Under the pieces are notes generated by a model, which was not told the origin of the DNA, made no database searches, and was given only the letters and a program-made list of their open reading frames with translations. A DNA stretch of 64,000 nucleotides from Octopus vulgaris (Eukaryota), in the NCBI GenBank assembly GCA_951406725.2, contig OX597824.1, positions 32,736,001 to 32,800,000 of the forward strand. Reading direction: 5' to 3'. Within the stretch, counting starts at the first letter, position 1. The number at the start of each line of letters is the position of its first letter. A program made the translations under genes and the position numbers. Below are positions 26,112 to 39,599 of the stretch, in pieces.

Positions 26112-26653
26112 TACCAGGCAGTGGCTCTCATGGCTTCTCATCTTAACTGTTTGGAAGTGCTATCATGTACATTGTTTTGTCTTGGTATAAAAGATGGGCT
26201 ACAGCAAATATTCTGCTCAATACCACAGATTTGCTTGTCAGTTGCTTGACCTTAACCAGTTGAGCATGTCCCTTGGTGGCTGACGATATGTGCATCTCTG
26301 ATCACGAACAGAAGTAGTGGGGGAGCATCATAGCCTTGTGTTGAGAGGGATTCTTTTGGATTTGGATAATTCACCTCTGGAAACATGGGTGGTTCTTTCA
26401 ACATCCTTCAACAACCCTTATTTATGGACCTTTTGAGCGGGATGGGCTACTCAACCTGAAGAAAATTCTAACTGGGCCCCACCTGCAAGGTCATGTGCTG
26501 TTTATCTTGATATGAAATCACCATGTCGCGCACATATGGTTGTGATGCATGTGCCTGGTGTACCCTTATCAGACGGGTAGTCATGATGGGTATATTGGGC
26601 TTCGTATATTTTACCCCAGTGTCACTTTGATGGCATGAACTGCTCTCTCACTC
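26112..26653 (+). mobile_element. ~550-bp non-coding TAA-embedded interspersed element, copy 1
   Basis: Three similar copies in the window, all with (AAT)n on both flanks. Confidence 0.85.
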
Positions 26654-26711
<58 letters not shown>

Positions 26712-26940
26712 CTTTCTGCTTCTGTAAGCAGAAGGCCTAAACGTTTTGGTGAGGAGACTAGTCAATTACATCGACTCCAGTGTTTCACTGGTACTTAATT
26801 TATCGACTCCGAAAAGATGAAAGGCAAAGTCAACCTCGGTGGTATTCGAACTCAGAACGTAAAGACAGACGAAATGCCGCTAAGCATTTTGCTCGGCATG
26901 CTAACGACTTTGCCATATCACTGTCTTAATAATAATAATA

Positions 26941-27465
26941 TACCAGACAGTGGCTCTCATGGTTTCTGATCTTAACTGATTGGTAGTGTTATCATGTACA
27001 TTGTCTTGTCTTGGTATAAAAAATGGGCTACAGCAAACATTCTGTCAAATACCACAGATTTGCTTGTCAGTTGTTTGACCTTAACCTGTTGAGCATGTCC
27101 GTTAGTGGCTGATATGTGCATCTCTGAAATTGAGAAGAAGTAGTGGGGGAGCACCATAGCCGTGTGTTGAGAGGAATTCTTTGGGGTTTGGATAATTCAC
27201 TTTTGGAAATATGTGTGTTTTGTTCAATATCCTTAAATAACCCTTATTAGGGGACCATTTGAACGGGTTGGGTTACTCGACCAGAAGAAAATATAAGCAA
27301 GGTCATGCACTGTTTATCTTGATATGAAATCACCATGTCACGCACATATGGTTGTCATGTGTGTACTTGGTGTACACTTATCGGACGAGTACTCATGATG
27401 GGTATACTGGGCTTCGTATATTTTACCCCAGTGTCATTTTGATGGGATGTACTCTTCTCCCACTC
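26941..27465 (+). mobile_element. ~550-bp TAA-embedded element, copy 2 (more diverged, small deletions)
   Basis: Aligns to 26112-26653; AAT/AAC repeat flanks. Confidence 0.85.
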
Positions 27466-27922
27466 AATAACAACAACAACAACAATAATAATAATAATAA
27501 TAATAATAATAATCCTTTAATTATATATATATATATATTTGTGTGTGTGTGTGTGCGTGTGTGTGTGCGTGTGTGTGTGTGTATGTGTGCGTGATTTTTA
27601 GTGTGAATTAAAATGATAATTGAGCACTGCAAAAAGCAGTATATGTAGGGATGCATACACACACACGTACGCATACGATCACACACACACACACACGTAC
27701 GCATACGATCACACACACACACACACACACACATACGCATGCACACACAAACACGTGTATAATAGCAATTATGCGGATAAACAAATTGAATGCATTAAAT
27801 ATAAGAGCTTGGGTATGAGATACACAAAATGCATATGTGTATACCTGCAAAAGAAGATTTCAGACAATGAGTCTATAACGTTCATCAGGTGCCGTGGGGA
27901 AATTATTATTATTATTATTATT

Positions 27923-28169
27923 TTCCTTCTTTCTTCAAATTTTCTTCCGTTTCTCGCCGAGTGTTTTCCGTACACCTAGGGCAGAGAAGCTCATTGTATG
28001 CATTCCCAGATTACGCGCGCAAATTCACATGTAAAATATGTATTTAAAAATTAATAAATATATAAATTCATGGCTAGATGTTGATTTCACAGCGATAATG
28101 CTCTTCTCAGTACATGAGCCGTTCCAGTTAATACGATTTTTTGCACTTCCTGTAGGGATGGTAAGCCTG
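27923..28169 (-). mobile_element. 5'-truncated Dong 3' end related to the 20131-24081 element
   Basis: Minus translation GLPSLQEVQKIVLTGTAHVLRRALSL*; terminal ...CACTCGGCGAGAAACGGAAGAAAATTTGAAGAAAGAAG; (TTA)n flanks. Confidence 0.88.
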
Positions 28170-28190
28170 TATTATTATTATTATTATTAT

Positions 28191-28622
28191 TCAGTAGTTT
28201 TATTTTTATAGCGTGCTTTCACTTCACTACCGAGCGCAGCTCTGTGTGCCTTGGGTATGTGCTGTGATTTGTTGTGATGCTCTGATGGTTATTGTATGGA
28301 AAGTGTTCTGCGTAGGATGTGTGCAGTGCCTAGTAGTGCAATTTTCTGTATGTTATATGTGTTTGTAAGTCCTGGTGTTTTTGTTATGTATTTGTCTGAA
28401 TATTTTTTTATCATGCCTAATGCACCTACTATGATAGGAATTGTTTCTGTTTTCAGGTTCCACATTCTAGTTACCTCTATTTCCAGGTCTTTGTATTTTG
28501 AGAGTTTCTCCATTTCTTTTAGAGACACGTTGTCATCTGCCAGTATTGATACATCAATTAGAAAGCATTTTTTTCTTCATGATCTCTGACAACTATATCT
28601 GGTCTGTTGGCCTTAATTTCTC

Positions 28623-28623
<1 letters not shown>
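28191..28623 (-). mobile_element. 5'-truncated copy of a second Dong family
   Basis: RPDIVV...LIDVSI...KEMEKLSKYKDLEIEVTRMWNLKTETIPIIVGALG...GTAHILRRTLSIQ; (TTA)n on both sides; 3' UTR differs from the full-length element. Confidence 0.9.
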
Positions 28624-28692
<69 letters not shown>

Positions 28693-28757
28693 TTTATAGT
28701 TGTTGTTGTTGTTGCTATTGTTATTGTTGTTATTGTTGTTGTTGTTGTTGTTGTTGT

Positions 28758-29250
28758 AGACAGACTGTGGACAATATATTGGTTTTATCCTCTCTTTTCT
28801 CCATATTTAGAGTGGATGGTATGTTTTGGGGGTAGTTGCTGCTTAATAGATTGTTACTTAGCTTGATCATTTCTTCGTGGTGTGTATCACGATCACTACT
28901 TATATTCTTTCCTCGATGTTTTAGGCACTGAGCAATCCCTCTCTTTACACTGTGTGGATGGTGAGAATTGAAGTTGAGGTATCGTCCAGTGACACGAGGA
29001 GATATTGATAAATCGGGCATAGTTGATCATGTTTAGTAAAATGGAGACCACCTCCCCCTGTGGGATGAAGTTAAAATAATAGACAGAGAACACCACTGGA
29101 AAATACGAAAACTAAAAGAAGCAGCACATATGATAGGACACAACAACCTCCTAAGCAGACCGAGTGCAGATATGAGTAGCATATGAGAACCGGTATTAAG
29201 GAAGGATAGGAAAATATTAAATTTATAAGCCCTAAAATTCACTCCATAAT
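28758..29250 (-). mobile_element. Penelope-like RT/thumb fragment of a different family from 3880-6545
   Basis: TGRYLNFNSHHPHSVKRGIAQCLKHR...NYP motif in ORF 28730-29020; boundaries approximate. Confidence 0.75.
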
Positions 29251-29299
29251 TGTCCACGGGCATATGGCGTAGTGGTTAAGTGCATGGGCTACTAACCCC

Positions 29300-29367
<68 letters not shown>

Positions 29368-29392
29368 TAATAAGGAAGGAAGGATAGAATAT

Positions 29393-29720
29393 GAAGAAAT
29401 GGCGAAACTTTCAAATACAAAAACCTGGAAACGGGTAACCCGAATGTGGAATCTAAAAACAGAAATAATTCCTATCATAGTAGGCGCATTAGGTATGATA
29501 AAAAAATATTCAGACAAATACATAACAAAACACCAGGACTTACAAATATATATATAACATACAGAAAATTGCACTACTAGGAACTGCACACATCGTACGC
29601 AAAACACTTTCAATACAGTAACCATAAGAGCATCACAACAAACCGCAGCACATACCCAAAGCACTCAGAGCTGCGCTCGGTAGTGAAGTGACAGCACGCT
29701 ATAAAAATAAAACTACTGAA
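29393..29720 (+). mobile_element. 5'-truncated copy of the second Dong family, inverted relative to 28191-28623
   Basis: Matches the reverse complement of ~28191-28515; ends AAAACTACTGA + (ATA)n. Confidence 0.88.
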
Positions 29721-29784
29721 TAATAATAATAATAATAATAATGACATCGAAAAATATCTTCGGCATGAGAACCCACCCAGGTCC

Positions 29785-29824
29785 CTGATGAAGGCTGGTG
29801 GGTATATCAGCCGAAACGTTGTGT
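29785..29824 (+). ncRNA. Minimal hammerhead ribozyme motif in a Penelope-type terminal repeat fragment
   Basis: CTGATGA-A-GGCTG[10 nt]CAGCC-GAAAC-GTT; helix I not intact in this copy. Confidence 0.65.
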
Positions 29825-30419
29825 TAACAATAAACGAGATGAGGACAAATATCCGTCAAATATAAATAATGTACATAATTCCTCATCTTAAATAATGAAA
29901 CTGATGTGTATTTAAGTATAAATATATGGATATTTATATTAATAGATCGACTTACACAGAGTACAAACGATAGAGAAATCAAAGGCGTTTGTATTCTTTG
30001 TAAGTTGATCCATTAATATAAGTACTTATATATTCATACTTAAATACTCATTGTCTGAAAGCCTCCCCTCTTCCTTTCTCTCGTCTTGCATGTATACATT
30101 CTTTGATTTGAACTCTTTTTCGTGTTTCAGTGATTTGACTGCAGCCATGCTGGAGCTCCGCCTTTAGTCGAATAAATCGACCCCACAAGACTTATTCTTT
30201 GTAAGCCTAGTAGTTATTTTATCTGTACCTTTTGCCGAACCGCTAAGTTATATGGACGTAAACACACCAACACCAACATCGGTTCTCAAGCGATGGTGAG
30301 GGGACAAACACACACACACACACACACACACAAACATAAATATATATATATTCACATGGAACAGAATCAAACAGTTTTACATAATAATAATGATGATGAT
30401 GATGATGATGACGATGATG

Positions 30420-30494
<75 letters not shown>

Positions 30495-31116
30495 CGTGCG
30501 CGTGTTTTATAAACTAAAGAAAACCGCCCAATGCAGGGTTCCTCTTAATTTTTTATACTTCATTTTCAAGTTCTGCCCGCATACCCTCAAGTTTTCTTTT
30601 ACAAACATTGCTTTGACCTTGAATATAATGTCGAGGAAGATCAATAGTCTCTCACTTTATAATCATGGTCAACAAAATAATTCAATAGCGAATTTCAAAT
30701 TTTTAAAACGTCGATTTTCAACGTATATAGTCAATAGAAATATTAACACATTTATAACTGGAGCAACTTGAAATTAATGGGGTTTTTTTTTAGGTTTACG
30801 TTGCTTTTTCACAAATGTCATCGGTAACAGCTTTTATTTTTGTGCTATAAAAACAGACCTTATGTTTCATTCAAACTATAACATAAAAATTGTAAATGTT
30901 ACATAAAACTGACTAAGAGTGAAGCTCAGTTTCTGTTCGTCAATATATCGGCCTTCCTCTTTCTTTGTCTGTTGACTTATTTGTGTACCTGTCCATCGAT
31001 TGATCGGTCTCTCCGTCCGTCAACCTATATGTTCATCTACCCATCAAACTATCGATTCGCCAGCCGTTTATACTTCCATCTCTCCATCTCTCCATCAGTA
31101 CATAGTTATCTCCACC

Positions 31117-31531
31117 TATTTCTTTACTACCCACAAGGGGCTAAACACAGAGAGGACAAACAAGAACAGACAAACGGATTAAGTCGATTATATCGACCCC
31201 CAGTGCATAACTGGTACTTTATTTATCGACTCCGAAAGGATGAAAGGCAAAGTCGACCTCGGCGGAATTTGAACTTAGAACGTAACGGCAGACGAAATAC
31301 CTATTTCTTTACTACCCACAAGGGACTAACACACAGGACACAAACAAGGACAAACAGACGGATTAAGTCGATTATATCGACCCCAGTGCGTAACTGGTAC
31401 TTAATTTATTGACCCCAAAAGGATGAAAAGCAAAGTCGACCTCGTCGAAATTTGAACTCAGAACGTAACAGCAGACGAAATACCGCTGAGAATTTCGCCC
31501 GGTGTGCTAACGTTTCTGCCAGCTCGCCGCC
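31117..31531 (-). mobile_element. SINE family B dimer
   Basis: Two ~180-bp units plus head. Confidence 0.88.
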
Positions 31532-31588
31532 TTAGTTATCTCTACCTGTCGATCTTTCTGTCGTTCTCTGACTTATGCTCTCTCTTTC

Positions 31589-31692
<104 letters not shown>

Positions 31693-31899
31693 CTTGGTCC
31701 CTTGGTCTGTTTGTCTCTCGGTCTGATCAAATTGGGCCTTTTGAGTCTGTGTCTTATGAATTACTGTCTGTCTCAGATACGTTTTATAGCAGTGTTGATT
31801 GGGACATTTTTATGGATGAGCTGAGAGAACGGACAGCGTCCATAACCTTCGGTGGCTATCTGTCTGAGGCGGGTGAGATTAATGCAGTTGATATTCAGC

Positions 31900-32260
31900 G
31901 GACATATGTAAGTCAACATTCATAGAAAAGTGTGAATCAGTAAGAAATTTTAGTGTTTTGTTAGAAGGAACAAAAACCAGGTGAAATGATTGCGCGGAAC
32001 TTAGGAGTAAGACATTGGTACGATTGACTCAAAGAAGAGACACAGAGACGTATGTAGAGCCGACCAGGATAGAGATGGTATACAAAGGTTCTGTTGTAAT
32101 CGCTATACAATAGGGCAGAGGAAAGCGGTATCGCGCCTGTGAGCTAAAAGTTGTAATGTTCTGTGGTGGTGTTTAACAGCAGTAGATTACTTAGAAGGAG
32201 AGAGAATTTTACGGTGTTTGTACATATGCAGAACGTTCTGCGTATTAAATACAAATACAG
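31900..32260 (-). mobile_element. Very degenerate CR1/Jockey-like LINE 3' fragment
   Basis: AHRRDTA-like motif near 32120-32145 on the minus strand; weak. Confidence 0.35.
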
Positions 32261-33047
32261 TCTGGCTTTATATATGTGATAAAGTGAACTGAGATTTGAC
32301 TGTTATTTCTTACAGATAAACTGACTGCTTACAACCCTCATCTTATGGCTTGGTATTTTTCTCGATTCGCTATTTTCGACATTCACTGAAAATAATACTA
32401 GAATCATGCCTAATCTATATTTTCTAGATAGCGATGTAAAATGTTCGCTAAATATCCTGGTACTAAATGGAGTAAATGGAGGGATATAGTCGTTTATATC
32501 GACCATTTACTTTATCGATCATTTATTTTATTGATTTAAAAGACAATATCGACCTTACCGAGATTGAAATTCGGTAACTAGAAAATAAGGAAAAAAAAAA
32601 GAAAAAAAATGAAAAAGAGATCTCGGCCATCTTTACCGCCGTTTATAAAAACTAAAAAAATATCGATTTGTCTTTAACTAAGCATAAATTTTCTGGGAAA
32701 TGAAAGTAGGACGAGTTTCAGAGAAAATGAAAGCGGAGGTGTGAAAATAAAGTGGAAAGTTAAGATGATCTGAAGCAGACGATAACTAATATGGTAGGTT
32801 AGTCACGTCAGCCATGGCTAGATAGCCATGGCTGACGTGAAGATGTTCCTTTCGAAGCCACGTGGTTTTGAGTTCAAGCCTACTGCGCAGCATTTCGGGT
32901 TTCTTCTAAAGTAGCCTCGAGTTCACTTTGGTTTGCAAAAGGAAACTATATTTTATAGACGTAATAAACGGAAACTATACAGTTGTGGCACACGTGTGCG
33001 CGCACGCATACACACATACACACACATACACGCGCGCGCACACGCAT

Positions 33048-33080
<33 letters not shown>

Positions 33081-33997
33081 AAATGTGCTCAATAAATGTG
33101 GCTTGCTGCCCAACCACACGGTCATAGTTTCAGTCTCGCTTTGTGGCACCTTGGACAAGTGCTTTTTAAGATAGTTTCGGGCCGCAAAAAGCCTTGTGAA
33201 AGCATTTGTTGAGGGAAACTGAAAGAAGTCTGTCACGTATACATATATAATTGGGTACGTGTGTGTGTGTGTGAGAGACTTTGTGCGTGTGTTTGTTCCC
33301 CACTATCGCATGCCAGGCGCCGGTGATGGTTTGATTATGTTCATGTAATTCAACGCTTCTGTAAGAAGAGACTGCTAGAATAAGTACAAAGCTTAAAAAT
33401 ATGTAGCTGGGTCTATTCGTCTTACTGAAACCTTTAAAGTTGTACCCCAGTATGGCCGTAGTCCAAAGAGTGAAATAGGAAGAGGATAAAAGGTATATAT
33501 ATATGTGTGTGTGTGTGAGAGAGAGAGAGAGTGTGTGTGTGTGTGAGAGAGAGAGTGTGTGTGTGTATGTATGTATCTACATGTGTGTGTCTTTGTGTCT
33601 GTGATTGCACCCCACCCCCCACCGCAGCTTGACAACCGTTGTTGGTGTGTTTACATCCCCTTAACGTTGCAGTTCGGCAATAGGGAATGATAGAATAAGT
33701 GCTAGACTTAAAAAGAAACATAAGTCCTGGGGGCGATTTATTTGACTAAAAAATCTTCAAGGTTTTTTGATAGCGACCATGCTTGTGCATGGCCGCAATC
33801 AAATGAGACTGAAACAAGTAAAAGAAATAAAAGAAATATATATAGGTGCAGGCATGACTGCGTGGTAAGAAGCTTGCTTCCCGACCACATGGTTCCAGGT
33901 TCAGTCCCACTGCGTGGCACCTTGAGCAAGTGTCTTTTACTATAGCCTCGGGTTGACCAAAGCTTTGTGAGTGGATTTGGTAGACAGAAACTGAAAA

Positions 33998-34060
<63 letters not shown>

Positions 34061-34566
34061 GATAAATAAACATATATGCATACATACATAGAAACGGGGA
34101 AAAACAAAAAAACAAAAAACAAGAAAACGACAAAAACAGTTACAGGGCGTGCTACACAAGGAAAAAAACCCCGTGTGTGTGTTGTCACCCCACCATCACT
34201 TGACAACCGATGTTGGCGTGTTTACGTCCCCGTAAGTTAACGGTTCGCCAAAAGAGACCGATAAAATAACTAGTAGGTTTACTAGTTAAGAATAAGTCCT
34301 GGGATCGATTTGTTGGCCGCAGTCAAATGTCTGAAACAACTAAAGGAATAAAGCAATATGTATATATCGCCATAGATCGGCGAAAGAAACTCCCCAGAGT
34401 GATAGACGATCCCTTGTTGCTCTTGTCGTCAGAACAAACCAATCATTAAATCGTTGGAAACTTGCTTCAATTGACGCCGCTATTGACTAATTCTGATACA
34501 AAACTAATTAATATCTGTTGTTTAATTCATCTTGCATACGCACACACGTACCTGCACACTTATAAA

Positions 34567-34662
<96 letters not shown>

Positions 34663-35222
34663 CACACGCACACACACACATATAGCAATATTAACGTTTT
34701 GCTTAGGCACACCGATAGTAATAACCTGTTCTGAGAACTCAACATACACTTGATTCAAAATAAAGCGTTAGTCGAATACAGAACGTAATATCAAATTAAA
34801 TAAGTGACAAAGGAATAGGAAATTATGCAATATATATATATATATATTATACATAACTGATAGAAAATGGAATGAATAATATTCATTATTTAAAATTACT
34901 ACAATTGTTTCGGCACATTTTTGCACATCAGTGATGTGTTGTGTAATTATCATCATCCATCCAAGGTGTAAAATGCGTTTCCTCAGATGATTGTTTGAAT
35001 AAGTCCATCGTAAGATTCTATAGTAATTTCATTGAAAGAAATCTACGTAGTAGACATACAGTCATGGCAAATTTTAACTATTTCTCTGTAGATGGAAAAT
35101 CAAATTATGAACAATCTTAATCGATTTTCCAACCTGATTGGGTTCTTATCAAAGGTGTTCACATCACTTGATCAATCTTAAAGAAACAGGTAGCCGATCT
35201 GTTTCCATACACAACATAAACG

Positions 35223-35634
35223 TAGGAGTGGCTGTATGGTAAGTAGCTTGCTTACAAACTACATGGTTCCGGGTTCAGTCCCACTGCGTGGTATCTTGGG
35301 CAAGTGTCTTCTACTATAGCCACGAGCTCACCAAAGCCTTGTGAGTGGATTTCGTTGACGGAAACTGAAAGAAGCCCGTCGTATATATGTATATGTATAT
35401 ATATATATGTATATGTATGTGTGTGTATATGTTTGTGGGTCTGTGTTTGTCCCCTCAAAATCGCTTGACAACCGATGCTGGTGTGTTTACGTCCCCGTAA
35501 CTTAGCAGTTCGGCAAAAGTGACCGATAGAATAAGTACTAGGCTTACAAACAATAAGTCCTGGGGTCGATTTGTTTGACTAAAGGCAGTGCTCCAGCTTG
35601 GCCACAGTCAAATGACGGAAAGAAGTAAAAGAGT
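35223..35634 (+). mobile_element. Complete tRNA-derived SINE family A with internal microsatellite; other copies or fragments at ~3060-3250, 9925-10563, 30110-30345, 33845-34350, 44380-44590, 45197-45310, 45675-45832, 49175-49430, 54475-54840
   Basis: A-box TGGCTGTATGGTAAG, B-box-like GGTTCAGTCCC, CTTGGGCAAGT segment, tail GTAAAAGA; many homologues in the window. Confidence 0.9.
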
Positions 35635-36074
35635 AACAAATCCAGTAGTTTCAGAGAACGGAGGTTACTAATTATAAGTGCTTAACACTTTATTTAATAT
35701 GGGTGTGCGGGTATTTTGAAAATACCTTACCAAGTGACGACCGTGGACTGTATAGTTATGGGATGCGCTTTGGCAAGGCATAGCACAAGTCCAGCCACCC
35801 TGCCAGCCAGCAACATATTGGAGTCATGGGATCGCAGCATGGCGGATTGTGCAGAGGTAGCGGAAGAACCCAACTGAGCCAGCGGTACTTCTTACATTGA
35901 TACTGAGCAGAGGAATCGTAGAAGATCAATGGTCAGAATTACTAAGCTCTATTAAGAGAGTAACTGCAACGCATCGGTAGGAGTGGCGTCGATCGTTGTG
36001 TAATCAGGTAATGAAAAATTCACTATGACTCAAGTCCCCGATTCAAGTTCATAATAATGGAATCAAAAGGCGAC

Positions 36075-36547
36075 AAAGTCGACTTCGGCGGAATTTGAAC
36101 TCAGAACGTAACGGCGGGCAGACGAAATACCTATTTCTTTACTACCCACAAGGGGCTAAACACAGAGAGGACAAACAAGGACAGACAAACGGATTAAGTC
36201 TGTTACATCGACCCTAGTGCGTAACTGGTACTTAATTTATCGACCCGGAAAGGATGAAAGGCAAAGTCGACTTCGGCGGAATTTGAACTCAGAACGTAAC
36301 GGCAGACGAAATACCTATTTCTTTACTACCCACAAGGGGCTAAACACAGAGAGGACAAACAAGGACAGACAAACGGATTAAGTCTATTACATCGATCCCA
36401 GTGCGTAACTGGTCCTTAATTTATCGACCCGGAAAAGATGAAAGGCAAAGTCGACCTCGGCGAAATATGAACTCAGAACCTGACGGCAGACGAAATACCG
36501 CTAAGCATTTCGCCCGGCGTGCTAACGTTTCTACCAGTTCGCCGCCT
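36075..36547 (-). mobile_element. SINE family B array (two units plus a partial)
   Basis: Same recurring junction. Confidence 0.88.
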
Positions 36548-37777
36548 TATCCATATGGTAATATAAATCGTAAAGCGTTGAGTAGTGAAATCGAAATAGA
36601 AACATCGTGGTGGTGAAACAAACTACTTAAGCATACAACCATTCCAAGAATAAAAACAATATCTATTCACATATACACAACTCGAGGTTTGTATTTCCCA
36701 GTGAAAGAGATGGAATTAATAACCGGAGCAATACTATTAAAACACTATCGCATTAAAATATGTTTTACATATGACGCACATTATCTTATACAGAACCCAA
36801 TATGTTTGAATAGAATGGATAGATATGTTCGAAGTTGGCGATGTGGACAGTCTACTCTGAGTTTTGTTTTGAGATAGGCTGTTCATGACTGTCATGGAGG
36901 TATGTGTATAATTATGTATGTATGCATATATATATATACGCATATGCCCATGCATATATGTCCGTCTGTCTATCTCTCTATCCCACCTCTCTCTGTATGT
37001 ATGTATTTATGTATGTATGTATGTATGTATGTATGTATGTATGTTTGTATGTATGTATGTATGTATGTATGTATGTATGTATGTATGTATGTATGTATGT
37101 ATGTATGAGTGCATGCGTGCGTGTATGCATATATGTCTATCTTCTACCGACGTATATCGGTAAAGATTATAAACAAATTCTCGAAGGCAGAAAAAACGGT
37201 TCTTTACAAACGAAGCCAATTAAAATATTTGTTCTGCATCGCGTAAAACTCTCTCTTATAATTCTGTCTCGGAATTGTAGCCAGCAGTCCAGTATTTGAC
37301 CCATTGGAAATCTCTGTAACCAACAGCGCCTCTGCTCATAATTGGCAAAAAAAAAAAACCCAACAAAATAATGATAAAATAAAATAAATAAATAAAAATA
37401 AATATATTCTCGCTTCCCATAGAGTCTAACAAAGATTCTTTTTAGTTTTCTGTATTGTTTCATCTTTCAATAAAGCATATGATTTGGGTCTTGAGTTTTA
37501 TGATTCATATTTCTAGTCTAAGGTCACCTTGGCTTAAATACGTGAGCCATCTGAATAGAGAGGACTTCACTGTTGGCGCTGAACTTGCTCAATGTACAAG
37601 GTTCTTTTGAGAAACTCGCTTTAAAATGAAGACCACATATTTGAGTCCTAAATCTTGAAACAGATTTTTCTCTCTAAGGACAAGATGTTCACGGTCAGAA
37701 CGCTGGTCGAATAACATTCCTAATGTAGATTTATTTAACGGGGCTGACTAAATATATCCAGAAGCCGCAACAACTTA

Positions 37778-38244
37778 CCGTATTTGACGGCATATTAGAC
37801 GCACTGGCATATTAGACGCACCCTCATTTCAGCAGGTCAAATTCAGGAAAAAAAATTTTAAGTGTATTTAAGCATATATTGTTGAAAGCAGTCTAGCAGC
37901 ACATTACAAAAGCAGAAAATATTGCTGTATAAAAGCAAGCATACAAAAGGAAAGCATACAAATTGCAATAGCCGTGAGGGTGTTGCCATAACCGTGAGGG
38001 TGCTTGTACTGTTGTAGTGTGTTTTGTTATGATCATAAACTTTGTTGTACCAAGATATCCAACCTACCTCCGTATATACACGAACTCGCAACGATCATGT
38101 AGTTTTACTCCTCACCGGCAGATGGCATCGAGTTAGGGTTCCGATCAGCTGATATTAGTAAACGTGTGTCATGGATCGCAGCCTAACAATTTACGGTAGA
38201 TTGCTTTGATTTTTACGATAATTCGTATTTTAAAGTAATAATAC

Positions 38245-38293
<49 letters not shown>

Positions 38294-38496
38294 AGCAATA
38301 AAATAATGATGCATGAGTACGGAAAATATCATTAAGGCGTTAGCGTAGGTAGAAATACTTATCGTAAGCTAGGTTAGTGAGCGTCTGGGAGAAGATTAGC
38401 CTACGGGAGGGTCTTGACTTCGCATATTAGACGCAGGGCGATTTTTTTAGCCAAATTTTTTGGAGAAAAGTGCGTCCTATATGCCGTCAAATACGG
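37778..38496. mobile_element. Non-autonomous pogo/Tigger-like Tc1-mariner element
   Basis: TA-CCGTATTTGACGGCATA ... TATGCCGTCAAATACGG-TA; repeated GCATATTAGACGCA subterminal motifs. Confidence 0.9.
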
Positions 38497-38883
38497 TATA
38501 TGTCACAAAGTCATAGCGAAAGGAATCTTAGAATACCAAATTTCATGAAAGAAACTCAAGTTTAATTTTATCGCCATATTCGATATTTGAACAAGAATCT
38601 GTTGCCATAGTCTCAAACTGACCAATACCTTGTAAATGGAATGTGGTAGACGGAAACTGTACAGAATTTTACGGCATGCATGTATGTTTGTTGATATGTA
38701 TGTGCATATGTTTGCTGGAAGGCTGACACGTGGTCAACGTAGAATGACTTGTAAGTCCATTGAAGGCCTTAGGGGCCATATGAGACGTTATAAGTGATGG
38801 GGAGACCACATCTGAAATGCTTCTGAGAGTGAAATAGGTTTTAAGAAGTGATCTTATTCAGTCACGAGTCGTCTTCTGTCAGT

Positions 38884-38995
38884 TATGTATGTATGTATGT
38901 ATGTATGTATGTATGTATGTATGTATGTATGTACGTATGTATGTATGTATGTATGTATGTATGTACGTATGTATGTATGTACGTATGTATGTATA

Positions 38996-39031
<36 letters not shown>

Positions 39032-39111
39032 TGTATGTATGTATGTATGTATGTATGTACGTACGTACGTACGTATGTATGTATGTACGTATGTATGTAT
39101 GTATGTATATA

Positions 39112-39147
<36 letters not shown>

Positions 39148-39201
39148 TGTATGTATGTATGTACGTATGTATGTATGTATGTACGTATATATGTATGTAT
39201 G

Positions 39202-39233
<32 letters not shown>

Positions 39234-39400
39234 TGTATGTATGTATGTATATATGTGTGTGTGTGTATGTATGTATGTATGTATGTATGTACGTATGTAT
39301 GTATGTATGTATGTATATGTGTGTATGTATGTATGTATGTATGTGTAATTGTGTGTGTATGTGTGTGTATGTGTGTGCTAGTGTGTGTGTGTGTGTGTGT
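38884..39400. repeat. Long compound (TATG)n microsatellite; similar tracts at 11893-12128, 36995-37106, 43627-43730, 60530-60900
   Basis: Direct inspection. Confidence 0.95.
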
Positions 39401-39599
39401 GCGCGCGTGTAGGCCTGCGTGCACGTAAGTGTACCCATAACCGCTGAATATCAGCAAAAGATTTAATCGTTGATAGCAGGTGCTTTCAAATAAAAATATA
39501 TCATAATTTTTTCCTTACGAAGACACCCTGCTGCTAATCATTTGTTCTCACCATCAGAAATTCAGTGAACTCGTTATTGGACCGTATTAGAAAACTATA

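Noticed and set aside
38848-39457. Many 60-190 aa ORFs rich in YVCM, HTYI, YI or poly-L/I/N across the window
   Set aside because: Translations of (TATG)n, (TA)n, (CA)n and (TAA)n microsatellites, which lack stops in several frames.
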